From Amoeboradix gromovi X-113 (lineage: Eukaryota; Fungi; Sanchytriomycota), in contig JADGIF010000168.1 in the NCBI GenBank assembly GCA_018985225.1, positions 1-16,226 of the forward strand: a DNA stretch of 16,226 bases, read 5' to 3'. The notes beneath the pieces were generated by a model. That model did not search any database and was not told the origin of the DNA. It worked only from the letters and a program-made list of their open reading frames with translations. Positions 7,791-15,110 of the stretch are shown here, in pieces (position 1 is the first letter of the stretch; the number at the start of each line of letters is the position of its first letter). A program made the translations under genes and the position numbers.

Positions 7791-8876
7791 CTAATCAAGA
7801 ACAAACTCCATAAGCATAGTTCTGAATCTGTTGTAGTCATAATCATCGAAGCCCAGGTGAATAGCCAACAAATGGGGATGATCAATAACCTCAATAGAAT
7901 TGGTAACAGCAAGAGTTTCATCGTTTAACCAGCTGCTGAATTGATGGGGACACAATTGGATTTTATTTGAAAGCGGAGCCAATGAGAACATGAATGGCGC
8001 GTCTTTGACTAATCTACTCGCATAGCTAACACCCATTTCTAACATTATAACAACTCTAGAGAAGGGTGCTTGCTTATGAAGCATGTCAAATGAGCTGACA
8101 ACAGTTGTTTTTGATACAACCGCAGGTAATGCCTGAAAGTATTTTATCGCCATGACCTTATCTTGCTCTAAAACTAAAGATTGGTTCAATCTCTTACATT
8201 TACAAAAAATATTTATGTAAACCATTTCGTAATACTTACTTTTAACATAAAAAGGACAATCCATAAAGTTCAGGTCAATTATGTTCATAGTAGAAAGGAA
8301 CTCAATGTCTTCTATGCGTTTTATTTTATTGAAGGATATGTCAACACACTGTAAATGATTTAAAAAAAACAAATGTTTCACATCTCTTAGTTTATTATGA
8401 GAGACGTTAACCGTTTTTAAAAATGAGCAATGTGAAATAAAGTTCAAATCCTTCAACAAATTGTCAGTGAAATGCAGCGTTTTTAAGGATTTACATTCTA
8501 GATTACCAACACTTTGGATTAAATTGAACGAAATGTCCAAGTACTCTAGTTTTTGAACAAATTTCAGCGGGTCCAATGACTCTGATTTCAACCTATTTGC
8601 TGCAATTTTCAATATCACAAGATTTGGAAGGTTTTCTAGGAAACCTATATTTTCAATTGAGTTATCATTCAAGCTAAGATTTGTTAACAGCTGCATAGCA
8701 ACAGTGCAATTTATAAACTGCAATTTACCACTATTGGCAGCTAGATCAGTGCATAAAGGAAAAACGTCCAAGTTCATTGATTCATCTGTCTCACAGGGCT
8801 TATAATCTACTCTTGAAAATTGACATTTCCCCACATTGAAGGGTCTAAATTCCTTGACAGAATTCCAACTAATCAT
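7791..8876 (-). CDS. SDS22-type leucine-rich repeat protein, possibly a degenerate LRGUK/LRRC23-like ciliary protein; 3' end uncertain
   Basis: About seven 22-24 aa repeats (LTNLSLNDNSI, LVILKIAANRL, LEYLDISFNLI, LKTLHFTDNLL, LKTVNVSHNKL, LQCVDISFNKI, IIDLNFMDCPF), an LRRcap-like Y....I.....CKRLN, then EQDKVMA. The LRGUK assignment is weak. Confidence 0.8.
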   Translation of the reverse strand: MISWNSVKEFRPFNVGKCQFSRVDYKPCETDESMNLDVFPLCTDLAANSGKLQFINCTVAMQLLTNLSLNDNSIENIGFLENLPNLVILKIAANRLKSESLDPLKFVQKLEYLDISFNLIQSVGNLECKSLKTLHFTDNLLKDLNFISHCSFLKTVNVSHNKLRDVKHLFFLNHLQCVDISFNKIKRIEDIEFLSTMNIIDLNFMDCPFYVKSKYYEMVYINIFCKCKRLNQSLVLEQDKVMAIKYFQALPAVVSKTTVVSSFDMLHKQAPFSRVVIMLEMGVSYASRLVKDAPFMFSLAPLSNKIQLCPHQFSSWLNDETLAVTNSIEVIDHPHLLAIHLGFDDYDYNRFRTMLMEFVLD

Positions 8877-8918
8877 TCTGATAGATTTATGGCCGATGAA
8901 ATACTTTTGTCAAATAAC

Positions 8919-9290
8919 TTATTTATTAAATCTTGTTCTTGACTGAGTCAATGCTAGTTTTAGTATTCTGTTGAACATAAGAACAGAGGTTGAAGTCTTA
9001 AACCTCAATTTTTTTAAACTCGTACCGTCAAAATATACTTTCTTAAACTTTTTTTTTGGACTTGAGGGTGCTATTACAAAGGGTGCAGCGTTTTTATGGT
9101 TTAAGTAGCTGTACCTTCCCTTATAAAGGTTTGAAAAAATCCAAATTCTATTTTTAAATTTCAAGTTGCTTACTGACTCTTCAATTAGTACATTTTCGGG
9201 CCCTATATTCGTTAGACTCACTGAGTCTTCACTCATTAAAAAATTTAACGGTTTGGAACGAAACTTCATGCCTGGAAATTCAGTAGCCAT
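8919..9290 (-). CDS. hypothetical basic protein (123 aa)
   Basis: ATG in GCCATGG context; fills the space between neighbours; ends AAT AAA TAA like other genes in the window; no family recognised. Confidence 0.65.
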   Translation of the reverse strand: MATEFPGMKFRSKPLNFLMSEDSVSLTNIGPENVLIEESVSNLKFKNRIWIFSNLYKGRYSYLNHKNAAPFVIAPSSPKKKFKKVYFDGTSLKKLRFKTSTSVLMFNRILKLALTQSRTRFNK

Positions 9291-9342
9291 GGCAATTTAA
9301 AAGAGGCTTAGATAAAGTTACATAAAATGAATGTAAATTTAT

Positions 9343-10380
9343 TTATTGAAAGCAATATGGTTGAACAAGATTGCGGCTGTTAGTATACAAAAATGTTATA
9401 GAAAAGTTTGTAAAAAATAGACCTGCAATAGTAATCAAAATTACTGCAGTCCATATGTGTTTGGTTAATTTAGAACCTATTTCTACTGGTCCTTCTTCTC
9501 TTTCTATTCGTATTTTCATGAAAAGTTCATTCCACACCAAGGATAGGAGACTAATTAAACTCAATGTTGGAATCAAATTACAGTAAACTACGGAAATAAA
9601 ATACTTAAATATTGCATCAGAATATTCTTCAGATAGCATAATTTGTCTTTTTCTCAGTTTTTCCGGAACGAAAGGAATAAGCATTCCAAATAAATTTCGA
9701 AATATAAAATCCTCCAGATAATAAATAACAATCATATTTATAAGATAGCAATGCGGCTTTTTCATCACAAATGTAGCTATTGTTGTGAACAAGTACAATA
9801 CAAACACTCGATGAATAAATTTTTTCCAAAACAAGGAAGATTCGTCCTTATTTCTTTTGTCGTGCACTTCTAACTTCATTAAGCCATACAGCAAAATCTC
9901 CGTAACATATGTTATAATAAATAGTCCTGATCCAACAATTGCGTCTCTCGAATCAATCGGCATGAATCCTTTTTTGTTGTTGTTCTGATGATAAATGTAG
10001 GAATAGCACAGGGAACCCAATAATAATACGAAAATAAGAAAGCCCGCCAAGAGACTAAATGTTCTTCTTATTAGCCTGCTTAGTTTAGAATATGGATGCT
10101 TGTCGTCATGTGAAAGTTGCTCTCGAATAACAGTCCATTTTATTCTTAAGAATATTGGAAATAACATAATCACTATTGATTGTATAAACATTCCGCCGTA
10201 AAAGTAGTATTCGCTCTGTTGAAACGTGGACATGAACAGAACATAAATGTTATACTTTCTTATTGAATTCAGATCTAGAATAATGCCTACCAATGTTGGT
10301 ACAGCTCCCATAATCATAGCCAAGTAGAATATTTTTAGATACTTAGTAAATTGTTGATACTCTTCAAAGGATGTCAGCAT
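9343..10380 (-). CDS. multi-pass membrane protein, TMC-like (TMC/TMEM16/OSCA superfamily)
   Basis: Roughly 7-9 hydrophobic helices. EEYSDAIFKYFISVVYCNLIPTLSLISLLSLVWNELFMK resembles the TMC-domain end (..L.L.Y.Q...W.G..F.PLLP.I....L...FY.KK); N-terminal YQQFTKYL resembles SYF.FLR.L. ATG 10380 preferred over GTG 10392. Confidence 0.55.
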   Translation of the reverse strand: MLTSFEEYQQFTKYLKIFYLAMIMGAVPTLVGIILDLNSIRKYNIYVLFMSTFQQSEYYFYGGMFIQSIVIMLFPIFLRIKWTVIREQLSHDDKHPYSKLSRLIRRTFSLLAGFLIFVLLLGSLCYSYIYHQNNNKKGFMPIDSRDAIVGSGLFIITYVTEILLYGLMKLEVHDKRNKDESSLFWKKFIHRVFVLYLFTTIATFVMKKPHCYLINMIVIYYLEDFIFRNLFGMLIPFVPEKLRKRQIMLSEEYSDAIFKYFISVVYCNLIPTLSLISLLSLVWNELFMKIRIEREEGPVEIGSKLTKHIWTAVILITIAGLFFTNFSITFLYTNSRNLVQPYCFQ

Positions 10381-11268
10381 TACCAGCCACACGGACCCGT
10401 ATACATAAGTTAGACATAAGATTCAACAAGCAGACCACCTAACATGAAGTAACAAGAATGCAACTCATAGAGTGCCGAGATTGTTTACCTTCAAGAACTA
10501 CATTTTCAGATAAGGCAGTCACAATTTTCAAAGGTAAAAACCCTGAAAAAGAGTAGCGGTTTCAAATGTATTATTTAGATCTAGTTAAGGACGTCAATAA
10601 TTTCTTCATTGCGTAGCAATTGCTTCTTTTTGTAAAAAAACTGAGTTTTTTTATTTCAATAAATTAGACGCAAATATCAAACCGATCCAAATTCAGTTTC
10701 ATTATACCGCTCTAAGATATACCGTAAGATAGTATACAAAAGATTGAAATCGTATAATAAAAATACATGCACACATATATAATCTACCTCATGGCAGTAG
10801 AATTTTGAGCAACCTTAGTAACTGAGCAGTTGGATTTTTCAGTTTCTAAATATAAATTATAAAGATCTCGTAAATTAAGACTTTTAACGAAATTGGTGGC
10901 ATTACTAAATGCTTTTTCATTAAATGATACAAATCTTCCCATAGTATAACCAGTAAGTTAGAGGTCTTTGAGTAACAAGGATGTTATTTGCTCAGAATCC
11001 GCTCTAAATTTTAATATTACGTGGAGAAATATGATGTATAAACTGGGTTTCATTGAATTCATTAGCGCTTTAGTGATCAGAGCAATTACATTGCTTTGGC
11101 GCACAGTGTGATACATCGAATTTTCTTTCAGAGTAATTCAATCTTGCTAATCTTATTGGGTAGATTCAGAAAAACCTGTTTTAAAGAGTGCAGCTAATTT
11201 AGGATACAAAAGAGCGCAGGGATCTGCTTTGCCACATCATCAGTATCTCAACAGTGCACGGATTGAAA

Positions 11269-11395
11269 GTTTGCAAGAGTTGTTAATTACATAAAAGACT
11301 CCAAACACAAAACTAGACCACGTGTTTGCAAGAGTAGATCTTAGGATTAGGAACAATAAATCTGTTTAACACTATTTACTGCAAGAGCAAGATCT
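11269..11395 (+). repeat. three copies of a TGCAAGAG-core motif at 53-55 nt spacing
   Basis: GTTTGCAAGAGT at 11269-11280 and 11324-11335; TGCAAGAG at 11380-11387; AGATCT follows copies 2 and 3 (11336-11341, 11390-11395). Confidence 0.55.
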
Positions 11396-11585
11396 GAGCA
11401 CACTCACTTCCGAAAGGCTTAGAAAATATAGAATCCTCAAGTCATTAAATTTATGCTAACGACTGATGAAGACCCGATCTGCGGAGAAGGTAGAAATATT
11501 ACACCTGATCTCTAAGTGATGCAATACAGGATACTTAAAGACTAGCTATTCTACTTTTCACAGTTTTTGGGACAAACTCCTTTTG

Positions 11586-13289
11586 ATGCATGTCCTCGTC
11601 TCTGTGCTGAAAGCTCTCAATAAAGTTGCTACTATCAGGTTATCGTCATTAACCGCACCTAGTTCGGAAATAGTTGTTCCTAACATGACTAACGATAGTC
11701 ATGACCCTCAACTAGTATCTGCAAAAGATTTAGATTATTTAAAAAGTTTAAAAAGTACTGAAAACATTGATGCTACCAAGGATGCAATAAAAGATGATGT
11801 TAGACACACTTATAAACATGAGTTTGTAGAGCATGTCCCTAGAGAATCCAATCTTACCAATAATACTTCATTCGCCGAACAGCTTTCCCCTGATCTTAGC
11901 GAATCTGCTGTTCCATCGTCTCAAATTAGCAGACTATTCCATTATTCTGGCATTTTTGCTAGGATTGCCTCTAGTTCTATCTCAAATCAGTTCTCATCCA
12001 GTAAAGAACCCGTGTGGATGCAGCCTGCAAACGTAAAATTCTTTGTTGAAAAACTAACCAAGTTACGCGGTGCTGCATTAAAACTAGGTCAGATGATATC
12101 TATCCAAACAGAGGACCTTCCAAAGGAGCTGCAGGAAATAATGGCCAAAGTGCAATCTAGTGCCAACTACATGCCTGCCAACCAAATGAACGCCGTTCTT
12201 GGCGAATTAAAACCAAACTTTCAAGAATTTGATGATATTCCATTTGCTGCTGCGAGTATTGGCCAGGTTCATCTTGGTAAATTTAACAATACAAAGGTGG
12301 CTTGCAAAATACAATATCCAGGCGTATCTAAAAGTATCAACTCTGATCTAAGTACGCTCAAAACCCTGCTAACCATGGGAAACTTCTTTCCCAAAGGAAT
12401 GTATGCTGATAGCATGATCAAAGTAGCTAAGAAGGAACTTACTTGGGAAACAGATTATAAAAGAGAGTTAATATGCACGGTTTGGATGGATAAGCTGATA
12501 AATAACAAAATGAATGCAAATGATGTTTGCAAGTATTGGCATTTAATGGAATCATTCAAGGAATTGAGTACTGAAAAATACGAGGAACTACTAACCATAA
12601 ATTCTAGTAATCGTCCTTCAAGACTAGAGATGGCATATGGTCCATTGTCAGCCATGGTAAAAGTCCCCAAAATATTCCAACAAGTGTCAAACTCTCACGT
12701 TCTGACCACCGAATATTTAAACGGTGTATCGCTAGAAATAGTAGCAAATATGTCACAAGCGGTGAGGGATAAAGTCGCCAAAAGGATACTAATACTTTGT
12801 TTGAACGAACTGTTTAATTTTAGGTTTATGCAAACAGATCCCAACTATGCTAATTTTTTGTATGATCCTAAGCTGGATATGATCTATCTGTTGGACTTTG
12901 GAAGCTGCAGGTATTTCAAAGAAGAATTTGTAGATTGTTATTTAAATATTCTTAAAGCAGCGTCACAACAAGACAGAGGCATGATACACAAATACAGCGT
13001 AGAACTGGGATTTTTGACTGGGCATGAGACCACAAGTATGAAGGACGCACACGTGGATAGTGTGATAGCGTTGGGAGAGCCATTTTTGTATGACGAATTT
13101 GATTTTTCATTGGCTACTAATATAACAAGAAAAGTAAGAGATAAGATTCCCACTATGCTGGAGGAACGATTGTCAGCCCCACCAGAAGAGACTTATTCTT
13201 TACATAGAAAAATAAGTGGAGCATTCTTACTATGCTCAAAACTGAAGGCCAAGGTACGATGCAAAGAACTATTAAATAACGCTAAATAA
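11586..13289 (+). CDS. COQ8: COQ8/ABC1 (UbiB family) atypical kinase-like protein, coenzyme Q biosynthesis, mitochondrial
   Basis: [12 protein letters not shown] (KxGQ motif), [10 protein letters not shown] (Ala-rich loop), [44 protein letters not shown]; acid-free amphipathic N-terminus resembling a presequence; ATG 11586. Confidence 0.96.
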   Translation: MHVLVSVLKALNKVATIRLSSLTAPSSEIVVPNMTNDSHDPQLVSAKDLDYLKSLKSTENIDATKDAIKDDVRHTYKHEFVEHVPRESNLTNNTSFAEQLSPDLSESAVPSSQISRLFHYSGIFARIASSSISNQFSSSKEPVWMQPANVKFFVEKLTKLRGAALKLGQMISIQTEDLPKELQEIMAKVQSSANYMPANQMNAVLGELKPNFQEFDDIPFAAASIGQVHLGKFNNTKVACKIQYPGVSKSINSDLSTLKTLLTMGNFFPKGMYADSMIKVAKKELTWETDYKRELICTVWMDKLINNKMNANDVCKYWHLMESFKELSTEKYEELLTINSSNRPSRLEMAYGPLSAMVKVPKIFQQVSNSHVLTTEYLNGVSLEIVANMSQAVRDKVAKRILILCLNELFNFRFMQTDPNYANFLYDPKLDMIYLLDFGSCRYFKEEFVDCYLNILKAASQQDRGMIHKYSVELGFLTGHETTSMKDAHVDSVIALGEPFLYDEFDFSLATNITRKVRDKIPTMLEERLSAPPEETYSLHRKISGAFLLCSKLKAKVRCKELLNNAK

Positions 13290-13382
13290 ATATTATTGCC
13301 ATTATGATAAATTACAGTTTTCAAACCATTGTCTCTGCAAGCCGATTCACATCTGACTTAAAGGAGAGTTACTCTAAACAAA

Positions 13383-13874
13383 ATGGATTTGGCTTCCACT
13401 AGGTTAACGCAAGAGCGAAAGAAATGGAGAAAAGACAGGAAAGAGATGCTTGGATTTAGTGCTAAACCGACGAAAACAAATGATAAACTTGATCTGTTTA
13501 GATGGGAGTTTTTAATACCTGGCAAATCATCAACAGAATGGGAAGGAGGCTTGTATAGAATAATTGCAGCGTTCCCACCAGAGTATCCACAAAAAGCGCC
13601 TAAATTAACTACTGTTCCACCCCTATTTCATCCAAACGTATATCCCTCAGGTAACATTTGCTTAAGCTTGATTGACGACAGAAAAGACTGGAAATCTTCA
13701 ATATCAATGAGGCAGTTACTACTATCACTTCAGTCGTTTTTGAGTAGTCCCAATCCTGACGATCCAGCCAATCCAGATGCAATTAAACTGTTTCGGCGTG
13801 ACATGGCTTTATATAAACAAAGAATACGCGAACAAGCAAAAGAGCGCAAAGCGCCAGGCCCTGAAGCTGCCTGA
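13383..13874 (+). CDS. UBC9: SUMO-conjugating E2 enzyme Ubc9 (divergent)
   Basis: RLTQERKKWRKD, W..LIPGK..T.WEGG.Y, FPPEYP..PK, PPLFHPNVYPSGNICLSL with catalytic Cys, DW, PNPDDPA. Confidence 0.9.
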   Translation: MDLASTRLTQERKKWRKDRKEMLGFSAKPTKTNDKLDLFRWEFLIPGKSSTEWEGGLYRIIAAFPPEYPQKAPKLTTVPPLFHPNVYPSGNICLSLIDDRKDWKSSISMRQLLLSLQSFLSSPNPDDPANPDAIKLFRRDMALYKQRIREQAKERKAPGPEAA

Positions 13875-14021
13875 ATGTTAACGACTTAGGCTGATTGCTG
13901 TATAATAAATTGGGGTTTTATTTTTAATCTAAGTTTAAACATCAAGCCACATACTTTCTCCAGTGTTGTTCCAAGACGAAGCCATTTTACAAAAACAAAA
14001 CACAGTCTCAAACAATTTCCA

Positions 14022-14297
14022 ATGCGCGTTTCTTATATTTTTACAGAGCACGAAGAATTGGTCAATTCAATACAGACTCATAGGGAAAAACAAATAAATA
14101 GAATACAAAAGCTAGAGCTTTCAAAGAAGGATTTAGTCAACCAGCTACATGATGTATATATGAGCATGTATGAGCTATTACGTCATAAATATATAGTTCC
14201 GACTCACATCCAGGAATTAATTACCTCAAATAGTCAGCCTAGCGAAACGAAACTATTGATTTTGAAGCAGGCCATAATTTCCATTTGCTATCAATAG
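14022..14297 (+). CDS. hypothetical helical/coiled-coil protein (91 aa)
   Basis: Heptad-like QINRIQKLELSKKDLVNQLHDVY; AATAAA at 14322-14327 shortly after the TAG; no family recognised. Confidence 0.55.
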   Translation: MRVSYIFTEHEELVNSIQTHREKQINRIQKLELSKKDLVNQLHDVYMSMYELLRHKYIVPTHIQELITSNSQPSETKLLILKQAIISICYQ

Positions 14298-14522
14298 AAA
14301 TTGTTCAGTTAAAAAATTGTAAATAAAAAATATTGAATACTACCAAACGCTAACCATTCGGGAAACTTTACAAAAACTAGAGTAAACTAGAAAACAATTA
14401 TCTGAAAGACTATATGTTGTAGTGCTAAGTAGCTTTTTGATGAAGACTCAGGTACTTCATAAGCTAACAAGCTTATTTCTTTTCGACATCCCTCGTTACT
14501 CCTCGTCTAGTTTTCACAGAAA

Positions 14523-15059
14523 ATGTCCCACACACCAAGTGTTGCAAAACGACATGTAATTTTACAAGAAACTTTGTTAATTCAAAAAGACATGGAAATA
14601 ACTATTGCTAAGCCATCTTCAGTGTTTTTAAGAGAGCTGTATCCTGTATTTAACAGGGACACGTCTCTATTTAACATTGTGATATTTATATTGAAGATGG
14701 AAAATGACATACTGAACTCACAAAGTAATCAGCAAAGAGAAAGAGACGACAAACTAGATAGACTCATGAAAATGGGGTCAGATTTAAAAAAGAGAATTAA
14801 CGATAAAGGATATTTCTTAGATTACATGGATCCTGTCAGTGGCCTCGCCATGAATAGCAAAACAAATATTGTATATGCAGATTCTTCTGGATGTGAAAGT
14901 GTTTTAAAAATGGATGTTGTGAATATCGGCTGTTGCAAGCTAATTAGTCATAAAAAATGGGGCACCAATATTTATCCATTTACTGTATTTACAAGCGCAC
15001 CTGCTCCTTTAATCCTAGATAGCGTCAATGAACATTTTTTCTTGTGCGAAAGTAAATAA
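14523..15059 (+). CDS. MMADHC: cobalamin trafficking protein CblD (MMADHC family)
   Basis: ERDDKL..LM, GYFLDYMDPVSGL (GYWADFIDP.SG), IGCCKLISHKKWGT..YP.TVFTSAP (LGCCKVI.H..WGT......FT.A) match the MMADHC C-terminal domain. Confidence 0.9.
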   Translation: MSHTPSVAKRHVILQETLLIQKDMEITIAKPSSVFLRELYPVFNRDTSLFNIVIFILKMENDILNSQSNQQRERDDKLDRLMKMGSDLKKRINDKGYFLDYMDPVSGLAMNSKTNIVYADSSGCESVLKMDVVNIGCCKLISHKKWGTNIYPFTVFTSAPAPLILDSVNEHFFLCESK

Positions 15060-15110
15060 ATATTTGCTGTTTTTAACACGTTTTGCGCTGATTAGGAGAA
15101 AGGGTCATCA

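Noticed and set aside
8877-8918. Intron joining the 123-aa ORF to the LRR gene
   Set aside because: The available GT donors lie after the TAA, and the upstream ORF has its own AATAAA gene-end signature.
11269-11395. CRISPR array interpretation of the periodic motif
   Set aside because: The repeat is only 8-12 nt with three copies, there are no cas genes, and the context is eukaryotic.
11463-11530. CTGATGA…GAAA hammerhead-like core, or C/D-box snoRNA (TGATGA 11464 … CTGA 11505)
   Set aside because: The stem II closing pair, stem I and the cleavage triplet cannot be formed. As a snoRNA it is only about 45 nt, with no terminal stem or recognisable rRNA guide. An Rfam scan would settle it.
13929-13954. 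Minus-strand GTATGT…TTAG 26-nt intron-like segment next to an AATAAA
   Set aside because: No credible minus-strand ORF leads into it; the plus-strand 91-aa ORF explains the region better.
11464-14447. Shared 10-mer TGATGAAGAC upstream of COQ8 (11464) and MMADHC (14438)
   Set aside because: A single shared 10-mer is expected by chance in several kb of AT-rich intergenic DNA, and the flanks do not align.
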